64,000 nucleotides of DNA from a virus: positions 1 to 64,000 of IMG/VR virus record IMGVR_UViG_3300023174_005350. One strand, 5' to 3'. Of this stretch, positions 24,322 to 33,987 are shown one piece after another; the first letter of the stretch is position 1, and each line of letters begins with the position of its first letter. The position numbers were made by a program, and so were the translations under genes. Under the pieces are notes generated by a model, which was not told where the DNA came from, did no database searches, and saw nothing but the letters and a program-made list of their open reading frames with translations.

Positions 24322-25298
24322 AAACAGCAGTCGTAACAGGAGTTACAGGACAAGATGGAAGTTATCTTGCTGAATTATTATTAGAAAAAGATTATAAGGT
24401 AATTGGTTTAGTTCGCAGAAGTGCAATGGAAGATAAAAAGTTTTATAACATAAGCCATCTTCTACAGAATCCTAATCTAATTTTAGAAAATGGAGATTTG
24501 ACCGACTCACCATCTTTATGGAGAGTCATAAAACAGTACAAGCCAGATGAATTTTATAATCTTGCTGCACAAAGTCACGTAGGCGCTTCTTTTACATCCC
24601 CCGAAAGCACTTTAGAAATAAATGCTACCGGGGTTTTAAATTGTCTAGAAGCGATTCGTAATCTAAAGCCAGATACAAAGTTTTATCAAGCGTCTACTAG
24701 CGAGATGTTTGGAGATAATATGAACGCACCACAGAACGAAGAAACAGTTTTATCTCCTGTTTCTCCTTATGCTTGTGCAAAAGTTTATGCACATAATTTG
24801 GTTATTAACTATCGCAAAGCTTATGACTTGTTTGCGTGTTCTGGTATTCTTTTCAATCATGAATCTCCCCGGCGTGGAGAACAGTTTGTAACACGGAAAA
24901 TTACCAAAGCAGCTGCTAGAATTAAGCTTGGTCTTCAAAATGAACTAAGGCTTGGTAATTTAGAAGCCAAACGCGATTGGGGATATGCAAAAGAATATGT
25001 AGAAGGAATGTGGATGATGATGCAATATCACACCCCGGATGATTACGTTCTGGGCACAGGCGTAACACATACAATAAGTGAATTTATTACTTGCATATCT
25101 GATATTGCTGGTTATAATTTATTTAATCATGTAGTTATTGATGATAAATTCAAACGTCCTAGTGAAGTTCCTTTATTGCTAGCAAATCCTTCAAAAGCAA
25201 AAAGAGTATTAGGATGGCAACCAAAAACAGATTTAAAACAACTAGCAGAATTAATGTATAATTCTGATCTAGAAAAGGAAAAAAATAATGTCAAATAA
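24318..25298 (+). CDS. gmd: GDP-mannose 4,6-dehydratase
   Basis: GVTGQDGSYLAE, LAAQSHV, QASTSE, NHESPRRG..FVTRKIT, RDWG. Confidence 0.95.
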   Translation: MKTAVVTGVTGQDGSYLAELLLEKDYKVIGLVRRSAMEDKKFYNISHLLQNPNLILENGDLTDSPSLWRVIKQYKPDEFYNLAAQSHVGASFTSPESTLEINATGVLNCLEAIRNLKPDTKFYQASTSEMFGDNMNAPQNEETVLSPVSPYACAKVYAHNLVINYRKAYDLFACSGILFNHESPRRGEQFVTRKITKAAARIKLGLQNELRLGNLEAKRDWGYAKEYVEGMWMMMQYHTPDDYVLGTGVTHTISEFITCISDIAGYNLFNHVVIDDKFKRPSEVPLLLANPSKAKRVLGWQPKTDLKQLAELMYNSDLEKEKNNVK

Positions 25299-25348
25299 AG
25301 TAGTTTGAGTTCCCACGCTGCTAATTATAAGCGTAGGAGGACAAACAA

Positions 25349-25987
25349 ATGATTAAAAATTGCATTATTTGTGAAAAACAATTTGAAGCAGCAAGCTGGG
25401 CAACAAAAAGTTGCTCCAAACAATGTAGATTAAAGCATAATAATAGTCGTAGAAAGAAAACAAATCTAAATCATTTAGATACATTTAACTGTAAAGAATG
25501 CGGTATAGAAGTTACAAGATATAGAATACGTAGCGGTTTTTGTTCTCGTTCTTGTGCATCAAAAAAATATATAGCTGATGGTACTTTTAATCAATGGAAA
25601 AAGTATATTCCTAAGAAAAGAACAGCAGAAGAAGAAGTAAATCTTAAATTAAGAAAAGGTGTTTCTAAGCTAATAAGGTTTTATTTATTTAAACAATTAA
25701 TACCAAAAACTTCTTCTACTTGGAAAAACCTACCGTATACGCCAAAAGATTTAAAAGAGCATCTAGAAAAACAATTTGATGATAATATGTCTTGGAATAA
25801 TTATGGAAAATATTGGACTATAGATCACATAATTCCGCAATCAAAGCTTTTGTTTAAAGATTTTAACGATGAAAACTTTTTAAAATGTTGGCGTTTAGAA
25901 AATTTAAGACCATTAGAAAAAATTGCTAATATAAAGAAAAGTAACAAAATTATAGGAGAAACAAATGGAACAGAAAAAGAAAATTAA
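25349..25987 (+). CDS. HNH-type homing endonuclease with zinc fingers
   Basis: CxxC repeats; HLEKQF..MSWNNYG..W.IDHIIP..NLRPL..N..K. Confidence 0.8.
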   Translation: MIKNCIICEKQFEAASWATKSCSKQCRLKHNNSRRKKTNLNHLDTFNCKECGIEVTRYRIRSGFCSRSCASKKYIADGTFNQWKKYIPKKRTAEEEVNLKLRKGVSKLIRFYLFKQLIPKTSSTWKNLPYTPKDLKEHLEKQFDDNMSWNNYGKYWTIDHIIPQSKLLFKDFNDENFLKCWRLENLRPLEKIANIKKSNKIIGETNGTEKEN

Positions 25988-27209
25988 GATTTTGACTCTA
26001 GGGGATCATCCTCTCTCACCATCTGGCGTAGGTAGTCAATGCAACTACATTTTCCAAGGGCTGTTAAAGACAGGAAAATATCAAATTATTTCTCTTGGTG
26101 GAGCTATCAAGCATCAAGATTATCGTCCAACTAAATTCCATGAATATGGAGATGATTTTGTTATTATTCCAGTTGATGGCTATGGAACTCCAGAACTAAT
26201 ACGTAATCTTTTAATGAAAGAAAAGCCAGATATCCTTTGGATGATGACCGATCCACGCTTCTACACTTGGCTTTGGAATATTGAACAAGAAATTCGTCCA
26301 AATATTCCAATTGTGTATTATCACGTATGGGACAACTATCCATATCCAAAGTTTAATCGTTCGTACTATTTATCAAATGATAAAATTGCTACTATTTCCA
26401 AGCTTACGAGCGATATAGTACGTGTAGTAGCACCAGAAGTAGAAGAAGAGTATGTTCCTCACGCAGTAAGTCCTGAATTGTTTAAAATTCTTGATGAAAA
26501 GGAATTTGCTCATTTACGCATTAAAGATAAAACTCTATTCTTCTGGACTAATCGCAATGCTCGTAGAAAGATGAGTGGAAGTGTTGTTTGGTGGTATAAA
26601 GAATTCCTAGATAAAGTAGGACACGATAAAGCATTTCTTTTGATGCATACTGATCCTAAAGATGTGCATGGTCAAGACTTGATTGCCATTGCAGAAGAAT
26701 TAGGTCTTACAAAAGATAATTTTGCCATTTCTCCCGGTAAAGTACCAGCAGCGGATATGGCAAAGTTTTATAATGCCGCAGATTGTACTATTAATATTAG
26801 TGATGCAGAAGGCTTCGGGCTTTCATGCTTAGAAAGCCTATCCTGTGGAACACCAGTTATAGCAAATAAAACTGGCGGCATGCAAGATCAATTAACTGAT
26901 GGCGTAGATACATTCGGCGTATTGATTGAACCAGCAAGCCGCGCAGTAATCGGTTCACAAGAAGTGCCATATATTTATGAAGATCGCGTTAGCAATACAG
27001 ACGTTGTGAATGCGATGATAAAGATTCATAATATGACCCGCGAAGAACGTAAGGCGCTTGGTAAAAAAGGTTATGATAATGTCCAAAAGAACTTTAACTT
27101 TCAAACATTCCAAGAGACTTGGGATAAACTATTCAGTGGCGTTCATGAAAAATTTGGTTCTTGGGAAACACGTAAAGGCTACAAATCTTGGAGCGTAAAG
27201 GAATTCTAA
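25965..27209 (+). CDS. GT-B (GT4-like) glycosyltransferase
   Basis: NRNARRK; AEGFGLSCLESLSCGTPVI. Confidence 0.85.
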   Translation: MEQKKKIKILTLGDHPLSPSGVGSQCNYIFQGLLKTGKYQIISLGGAIKHQDYRPTKFHEYGDDFVIIPVDGYGTPELIRNLLMKEKPDILWMMTDPRFYTWLWNIEQEIRPNIPIVYYHVWDNYPYPKFNRSYYLSNDKIATISKLTSDIVRVVAPEVEEEYVPHAVSPELFKILDEKEFAHLRIKDKTLFFWTNRNARRKMSGSVVWWYKEFLDKVGHDKAFLLMHTDPKDVHGQDLIAIAEELGLTKDNFAISPGKVPAADMAKFYNAADCTINISDAEGFGLSCLESLSCGTPVIANKTGGMQDQLTDGVDTFGVLIEPASRAVIGSQEVPYIYEDRVSNTDVVNAMIKIHNMTREERKALGKKGYDNVQKNFNFQTFQETWDKLFSGVHEKFGSWETRKGYKSWSVKEF

Positions 27210-27210
27210 A

Positions 27211-28437
27211 ATGAAAAAAATATTAATCAGCGGTCCAGTATTGAGCAGAAGCGGCTATGGTGAAATGGCACGTTTCGCATTACGCTCATTATCAAAACAA
27301 AATGTAGATTTATATGTATTACCTACTGCTTGGGGAAATACTGGATGGCTTCATGAATACAATGATGAAAGAAAATATATCGATTCTTTAATTTCTAAAA
27401 CACAAATTTATATTCAACAAAACAATGGACAACCTAAATTTGATGTTTCTGTGCAAGTGAGCCTGCCAACAGAATGGAAAAAAATGGCACTAATCAATAT
27501 TGGGTATACAGCCGGAATCGAAACTAATATTATTTCTCCAGCTTGGCTTGAACCATCACAACTAATGGACAAAATAATTGTCATAAGCAATCACGCTAAA
27601 GCAGGTTTTATAAATACAGTTTTTGGTGATCAAACAGGTCAGCAATATAGAGTAAAAACACCCGTAGAAGTAGTACATCTTCCTTATAGAAACGTAGAAA
27701 AGAAAGATTTAGATTTGCAATTAAAGTATGATTTTAACTTTTTATCTGTATGTCAATGGGGTCCAAGAAAGAATCTTGATCAAACAATCATTGGATTTCT
27801 AGAAGAATTTCGTAATGAAGAAGTTGGTTTAGTATTAAAAATTAATACTTCTAATGATTCTACTATGGATAGAAGTCTAACTCAAAAAAGATTAGAAAAT
27901 CTTTTAAGTAACTATCCAAATAGAAAATGCTCTATAACACTTCTACACGGTCATTTAAGCGATGGAGAGGTGGAATCACTATACACGCATCCAAAAATCA
28001 AGGCAATCGTTTCTACAACCCACGGTGAGGGCTTTGGGCTGCCATTACTAGAAGCAGCTGTTAATGTATTACCCGTAATAGCTACAGATTGGAGCGGACA
28101 TACAGATTTCCTATATCTACCAGAAAATGAAGAAAAAAAGCGTATGTTTGGTAAAATTGATTATGATTTAAAGCCAATTGAAGCTATTCATGTTTGGAAG
28201 GGTGTTTTGGAAGAAGGAACACAATGGGCTTATCCAAAGATGGTTAGTTATAAGGATAGATTACGTGATTGTTACAAAGATTGGGGACGTTATAAATCAC
28301 AAGCCAAAAAGCTATCACCTTGGATAAAAGAAAATTTTTCACAAGAAAAATTATTTTCTAAATTTACCGATAATTGTATTTTAAAAAATGAATATGATGA
28401 TATTATAAATAAATATGAAAATATGGATAAGATATAA
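27211..28437 (+). CDS. GT-B (GT4-like) glycosyltransferase
   Basis: SRSGYG; RKN; GEGFGLPLLEA. Confidence 0.85.
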   Translation: MKKILISGPVLSRSGYGEMARFALRSLSKQNVDLYVLPTAWGNTGWLHEYNDERKYIDSLISKTQIYIQQNNGQPKFDVSVQVSLPTEWKKMALINIGYTAGIETNIISPAWLEPSQLMDKIIVISNHAKAGFINTVFGDQTGQQYRVKTPVEVVHLPYRNVEKKDLDLQLKYDFNFLSVCQWGPRKNLDQTIIGFLEEFRNEEVGLVLKINTSNDSTMDRSLTQKRLENLLSNYPNRKCSITLLHGHLSDGEVESLYTHPKIKAIVSTTHGEGFGLPLLEAAVNVLPVIATDWSGHTDFLYLPENEEKKRMFGKIDYDLKPIEAIHVWKGVLEEGTQWAYPKMVSYKDRLRDCYKDWGRYKSQAKKLSPWIKENFSQEKLFSKFTDNCILKNEYDDIINKYENMDKI

Positions 28438-29612
28438 TGAAAATAGTATATATTGGACAATTTAATGATGCATGCGGTTATGCAAATGCGGCAAGAAAAT
28501 ATTTAAAGATTTTTGATAAAGACAAATATTTTAAAGAAAATCTCATTCTTGTAAGTGTTAATGCAGAAAAGAAAAATTATGCTTCTAAAGAAGAAACGGA
28601 TTTAATAAATAAATATCTTGTCAAAGATCCAGCATTGTTTAATGAATTAATTAATTCTGGGGAATACATTGTTTTAGTTCATTTTTTGCCTAATATAGCA
28701 ACAGACCCAGTAGTAAAACAAATTATAGAAAAGTCTAAAAAGAGCTTTAATATTGTTTATTGGGAAACAGATGCGCTTCCTAAACAATGGATAGAATTAT
28801 ATAAATCTAAAATATATGATGAAATAATTGTTAATTCAAAATGGAATCAAGAAATATTTAGCAGAGATGCCGGATTAAAAACTAATTTAACATATCTGCC
28901 ATATACGAAAAAAGAATTACAATTTAGTCACGGAGACAAATTTACTATCTTTGCCATGTCTCAATGGGTATTTAGAAAAGGCTTTGATATCCTTATAAAA
29001 GCATATACACAAGAATTTTTCCATAACACAGATACGCAGCTTTTAATTAAAACATATCGCTTTGAAACTACCTCAAGAGACTCAGAGGAAAATGAAAGGG
29101 CAATTATTTTAAAAGAAGCATCAGAATATAAAAAAAGTATTTATGATTATGGTAAAAATTCTGATACATCAATTTATATTATCACTGGTCATATAAGTGA
29201 CGAGAGAATACAAGATTTATATTCTAAATCAAATATATTTTGTTCTACAGCCAGATCAGAAGGGTTTGGAATGACTTTGGCCGATGCTTGTTCATATGGT
29301 ATTCCAATAGTCGCACTAAATACAACTGGTCATATAGATTTTATAGATCCAAAAAATTCTTTTCTTTATAATGGGCATCTAGTTCCAATCAGCAATCAAG
29401 GTTTTCATTTAAATTCTTTAAATATGAATTTTTATGAACCGGATATTTTATCTGTTAGAAAACAACTTAGAATATGTTATAATATTTGGAAAGAAGATAG
29501 AAATAAATTACTAGAAATTGGAAAAAACAATAGACATTATTCACTTTCTATTTTAAATGAAACAAATATTATAAATGATTTTATAAATATTTTAGGATTA
29601 AAAAATGAATAA
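28437..29612 (+). CDS. GT-B (GT4-like) glycosyltransferase
   Basis: GYANAAR; RKGFDIL; SEGFGMTLAD. Confidence 0.8.
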   Translation: MKIVYIGQFNDACGYANAARKYLKIFDKDKYFKENLILVSVNAEKKNYASKEETDLINKYLVKDPALFNELINSGEYIVLVHFLPNIATDPVVKQIIEKSKKSFNIVYWETDALPKQWIELYKSKIYDEIIVNSKWNQEIFSRDAGLKTNLTYLPYTKKELQFSHGDKFTIFAMSQWVFRKGFDILIKAYTQEFFHNTDTQLLIKTYRFETTSRDSEENERAIILKEASEYKKSIYDYGKNSDTSIYIITGHISDERIQDLYSKSNIFCSTARSEGFGMTLADACSYGIPIVALNTTGHIDFIDPKNSFLYNGHLVPISNQGFHLNSLNMNFYEPDILSVRKQLRICYNIWKEDRNKLLEIGKNNRHYSLSILNETNIINDFINILGLKNE

Positions 29613-30372
29613 AAAGATTACTTTCTGCACGTATGTATCAGATGATAAAATAACTTATTTTGGACTTTTAAAAATGTTAGCATCTTTTAAAAAATTCCAT
29701 CCAGATATTCCTATATATGTTTTAACTAATAAACATATCAATGCAGAACTTAAAAAATTACCAATGTTTAATAATTTTTATTATTTAAATCCAGTAATGT
29801 CCAATCTGTTAACCTCAAAATATGAAACAGTAGTTCATATTGATGCTGACTGTATAGTTACAGATAGATTAGACGAAATATTACAATGCGATTACGACGT
29901 TGCAGTTGTCAGAAATAATAGCGATAAACAAACTGCTGGAATGGGTCGGCCAGAAACTGCCGATGGAAAAGTAGACGTGTATAAATATATTAATTGCGGT
30001 TTAATAGCGTCAACAAAAAAACAATTTTGGGAAGAATGGATTTATAGAAACATAAAATTACAAAATAAATATAGACAGCACGAACAAGATATTGTAAATT
30101 TAATGCTAGCTGAAGGAAGATATAAAGTAAAAATATTAGATTCTATAAATACTAATCTTTATTATGGTGTTGCTAATGCTTACGGGACAAAATCTCATTG
30201 GGATAGTTGGAAAGAAATAACACTTGAAAAAGATAATAAACTTTATTTAAATAATAAATTAATTAAAGTTTTACATCATGCCGGTGGATTTGTCCAAGAA
30301 AAATTAAATATTGAAGAATTATTTTCACCTGAAGTGTCGGCACATTTAAAAGAATTGTGTGAGGATTTATAA
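29605..30372 (+). CDS. GT-A (GT8-like) glycosyltransferase
   Basis: HIDAD DxD motif; INCG; EQDIVN. Confidence 0.7.
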   Translation: MNKKITFCTYVSDDKITYFGLLKMLASFKKFHPDIPIYVLTNKHINAELKKLPMFNNFYYLNPVMSNLLTSKYETVVHIDADCIVTDRLDEILQCDYDVAVVRNNSDKQTAGMGRPETADGKVDVYKYINCGLIASTKKQFWEEWIYRNIKLQNKYRQHEQDIVNLMLAEGRYKVKILDSINTNLYYGVANAYGTKSHWDSWKEITLEKDNKLYLNNKLIKVLHHAGGFVQEKLNIEELFSPEVSAHLKELCEDL

Positions 30373-30373
30373 A

Positions 30374-31066
30374 ATGTCAAAAAATATTAATTTTTATTCT
30401 TGGGAAAAACAAGATGAATTTGCTTATAACTTAATAGGCGAAAACGGATTTTTTTTAGATTTAGGATGTAGCAGTCCAACGGATGGTAGTAATACGTATG
30501 GTTTAGAAAAGCTTGGTTGGAGAGGTATTTGTTTTGATATAAGAAATTGCGAAGCTGAATATGGCTGGAGCAATATCCGAAAAGAAAAATTTGTTCAAGC
30601 GGATGTAACATCAGATTATTTTTTAAATTTTATCGCTAATATAAAAAATGAAATTCCTGTTGTAGATTATATATCCTTAGATATGGATACAGCAGGACAG
30701 AATTTCGCTTTATTTGGTCTTAACAATATTCTTAAATCTGATATTAAATTTAAATGCTTAACTTTTGAGCACGAATTTCATTATTATGGAGAAAGAAATA
30801 AACTAGAAGGAAAAAGAATGCTTGAAAAAGCAGGATATTTTTGTCTTTTTGATGATGTAGTACTGGTTCAAGATGCTATTCCGCCTTCAAATTATCCCGG
30901 TAAATATTTTGAAGATTGGTATATAAATCCAGAGTTTTTTGATAAATCGATTATTGATTTGGCAACTTCTAAAAAAGATTATAATCTTTGTATTGATTTA
31001 TTAAAAAATTATTTTAATAGGAGTTATACTGCAAATTATATAAATTGCAAAGGCGTACAAAGATGA
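30374..31066 (+). CDS. FkbM-like SAM-dependent methyltransferase
   Basis: QDEF; FFLDLG...GSNTY.LE..GWRG; DYISLD; EDWY. Confidence 0.7.
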   Translation: MSKNINFYSWEKQDEFAYNLIGENGFFLDLGCSSPTDGSNTYGLEKLGWRGICFDIRNCEAEYGWSNIRKEKFVQADVTSDYFLNFIANIKNEIPVVDYISLDMDTAGQNFALFGLNNILKSDIKFKCLTFEHEFHYYGERNKLEGKRMLEKAGYFCLFDDVVLVQDAIPPSNYPGKYFEDWYINPEFFDKSIIDLATSKKDYNLCIDLLKNYFNRSYTANYINCKGVQR

Positions 31067-32019
31067 AAAAAATTGTTTATATAACTGGATGTTTGGGATT
31101 TATTGGCTCACATCTTACAAGAAAATGTTTGGATCTTGGTTGGTTTGTTAAAGGCATTGATAAAGTTACCTATGCGGCTAATTTACATGCTTTAGAAGAG
31201 TTTAAAAAATATAAAAACTTTTCTTTTGAGCAAAAAGATATTAATGATTTACATTTTTTGTATGATTGTGATTATGTTATCAATACTGCCGCTGAAACAC
31301 ACGTTGATAATTCCATAGTTGACAATAAGGATTTTCTAAAAAGCAACATCGATGGCGTACACAATCTATTAGAATTAATAAAAAATAATAGAAATAATAA
31401 TAAGCCAATTTTTTTACACTTTAGTACTGACGAAGTATATGGCGATATTGATTTTGGATCACATAATGAACTTTCACTTTTAAAGCCAAGCAATCCTTAT
31501 TCAGCTACAAAAGCAGCAGCTGATATGATGATTCTTGCTTGGGCAAGAACATATGATATTAAATATGTAATCGTAAGGCCATCTAATAATTATGGCATTG
31601 GTCAATATGTAGAAAAACTAATTCCTAAAACTTGTAAATATCTTTTCTTAGGTAGAAAAATTCCTTTACATAATAACGGTACTCCAATAAGAACTTGGCT
31701 TCATGCCGATGATACAGCAGAAGCTTGCATTAAAATAATTAATAGTGGCAAAACAAACGAAATATATAATATATGCGGCTCAGAAGAAAAAACTAATATT
31801 GATACTATAAAATCTATAATCAAAGAATATTTTAATTTTAAAGATAAAGAATATGATATCAACAATTATGTTGATATGTCTTATACCAGAAAAGGGCAAG
31901 ATGTTAGATATTCTGTTGAAGATAAAAAATTAAGACAATTAGGTTGGAAAAATACTAAAAAATTTGATGAAGAAATAAAGTCAATAGTAGAGTACTATAA
32001 GGATAATTTTATATGGTAG
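31063..32019 (+). CDS. rfbB: dTDP-glucose 4,6-dehydratase
   Basis: TGCLGFIG, TYAAN, AAETHVDNSI, STDEVYG, PYSATKA, NNYG. Confidence 0.9.
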   Translation: MKKIVYITGCLGFIGSHLTRKCLDLGWFVKGIDKVTYAANLHALEEFKKYKNFSFEQKDINDLHFLYDCDYVINTAAETHVDNSIVDNKDFLKSNIDGVHNLLELIKNNRNNNKPIFLHFSTDEVYGDIDFGSHNELSLLKPSNPYSATKAAADMMILAWARTYDIKYVIVRPSNNYGIGQYVEKLIPKTCKYLFLGRKIPLHNNGTPIRTWLHADDTAEACIKIINSGKTNEIYNICGSEEKTNIDTIKSIIKEYFNFKDKEYDINNYVDMSYTRKGQDVRYSVEDKKLRQLGWKNTKKFDEEIKSIVEYYKDNFIW

Positions 32020-32648
32020 ATAAAAAACTAAAGAAAAGACTTTTAGAAATTTGCTACAATCATAAACTTCATCACTTGGGTAGTTATTTTTCTTCATTAA
32101 ATATTATTGATGAAATTTATTCTGAAATGAAAAAAGATGATATTTTCATTCTTTCTTCTGGTCATGCTGTTGTGGCACTATTTGTAGTTTTAGAAAAATA
32201 TTATGGATTCAATGCAGAAGAATTATTGAAAAAACACGGCGAGCATCCTAAATTAGATGAAGAGCATAAAATCTTTTGTTCTACTGGAAGCCTTGGTTTA
32301 GGATTACTAGTGGCAGTTGGTCGTGCGGTCGCAAATAAAAATAGAAACGTTTATTGTTTGATTTCTGATGGTGAGACAGCCGAAGGAAGTATATGGGAAG
32401 CTTTAAGATATGCCAAAGAATCCAAATTAGATAATTTAAAAGTTTTCGTGAACGCGAATGGCATTTGTGGTTATGATACCGTAAATGTTGATTATTTAGA
32501 AAAAAGAATTAAAGCATTTGATGAAAAAATAAATTTTGTTATTACTACTGTAGAACAAATTCCCGCTCTTAAAGGCATAGAATCTCATTATTGCACATTG
32601 AGCGAAAAAGATTATTTACACGGGTTAGAATATATAAATAGAGAATAA
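32013..32648 (+). CDS. split transketolase, N-terminal TPP-binding subunit
   Basis: HLGS, LSSGHA, STGSLGLG, SDGE.AEGSIWEA...N. Confidence 0.85.
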   Translation: MVDKKLKKRLLEICYNHKLHHLGSYFSSLNIIDEIYSEMKKDDIFILSSGHAVVALFVVLEKYYGFNAEELLKKHGEHPKLDEEHKIFCSTGSLGLGLLVAVGRAVANKNRNVYCLISDGETAEGSIWEALRYAKESKLDNLKVFVNANGICGYDTVNVDYLEKRIKAFDEKINFVITTVEQIPALKGIESHYCTLSEKDYLHGLEYINRE

Positions 32649-32651
32649 AAA

Positions 32652-33128
32652 ATGAGAAAAACTTTTGCTACTTTATTACATGAAGAAATGAAAGAAAATA
32701 AAGATATTTATTTGCTTACCGGCGATTTAGGATTTAGACTTTGGGATAATATTAAAAATGATTTTCCTAATAACTATATTAATCCCGGTTCCGCTGAACA
32801 ACTATTGATTGGTATGGCAACTGGATTAGCGTTAGAAGGTAAAATACCTGTTGTGTATTCTATAACTCCTTTTCTTATCTATAGACCGTTTGAAATTATA
32901 AGAAATTATATGCATTACGAAAAGATACCTGTAAAGTTAATTGGCGGTGGCCGTGGAAGAGATTATGGCGTTTTAGGATACACTCATTGGGCCGAAGAAG
33001 ATGAAAAAATTATTGATATATTAAATAACATAAAGCAATATAGACCAGAAAAAAATGAAGATGTAAATTCTTCTTTTAAAGACTTTCTATATTCTAAACA
33101 ACCATGCTATATGAATTTAAAAAAATAA
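32652..33128 (+). CDS. split transketolase, pyrimidine-binding subunit (short)
   Basis: LTGDLG, AEQLLIG.A.GLA.EG, GYTH. Confidence 0.85.
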   Translation: MRKTFATLLHEEMKENKDIYLLTGDLGFRLWDNIKNDFPNNYINPGSAEQLLIGMATGLALEGKIPVVYSITPFLIYRPFEIIRNYMHYEKIPVKLIGGGRGRDYGVLGYTHWAEEDEKIIDILNNIKQYRPEKNEDVNSSFKDFLYSKQPCYMNLKK

Positions 33129-33129
33129 C

Positions 33130-33987
33130 ATGTTAAATATAATGGTTACTGGCGGCAATGGATTTCTAGGTAAAGAAATCTTATCGTCTTATTTAAAAGA
33201 TAAATATAAATTATTTAATATTAATAGATCTTTATTAGATATTACAGATTTTAATAAAGTAAAAAGTTTTATTTTACAAAAAAATATAGATGTTATTATA
33301 CATTGTGCAGTAAAAGGCGGCAGAAGAAATAGAATAGATACTGCACAAGATTATTATGATAATATTCTAATGTTTGAAAACTTAATTAATAGTTTATCTA
33401 ACATATCTCTTTTTATAAATTTTGATAGCGGCGCAGCATTTGACAGAAGACAAAACATACATCGTTTTAAAGAAGAGCAATTAGGTGATTCTGTACCAGA
33501 CGATTTTTATGGTTCTTCTAAATATACTATATCTAAAAGAATTCTTAATTTAGAAAAAAGTATCAATTTAAGAATATTCGGTTGCTTTTCAGCTAATGAA
33601 GACGAAACAAGATTAATTAAATCAAATATAAAAAAATATATATCTAATGAAGACTTAGTACTTCATCAAAATAGAGAAATGGATTTTATATATTCCAAAG
33701 ACGTTATCTCAGTTGTAGATTTTTATCTAAACAATAGAATAATTTTAAATAAATTACCTAAAGATATTAATCTTTGTTATGAAGAAAAAGCTTCTCTTTT
33801 GCATATATTAAATATAATAAATAATTTGTCAGATAAAAAAAGTAATATTGTTACAAATAATAATAACGATGGTTTATCATATTCAGGTGATGGAAAAAAA
33901 TTAAGTTCTTTAAATATAAAGTTACTTGGTTTAGAATACGGTATAAATGAAGTATACAATACCTTAAGGAAACAAAATGACCAATAA
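33130..33987 (+). CDS. NAD-dependent epimerase/reductase (SDR)
   Basis: TGGNGFLG; YGSSK. Confidence 0.85.
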   Translation: MLNIMVTGGNGFLGKEILSSYLKDKYKLFNINRSLLDITDFNKVKSFILQKNIDVIIHCAVKGGRRNRIDTAQDYYDNILMFENLINSLSNISLFINFDSGAAFDRRQNIHRFKEEQLGDSVPDDFYGSSKYTISKRILNLEKSINLRIFGCFSANEDETRLIKSNIKKYISNEDLVLHQNREMDFIYSKDVISVVDFYLNNRIILNKLPKDINLCYEEKASLLHILNIINNLSDKKSNIVTNNNNDGLSYSGDGKKLSSLNIKLLGLEYGINEVYNTLRKQNDQ

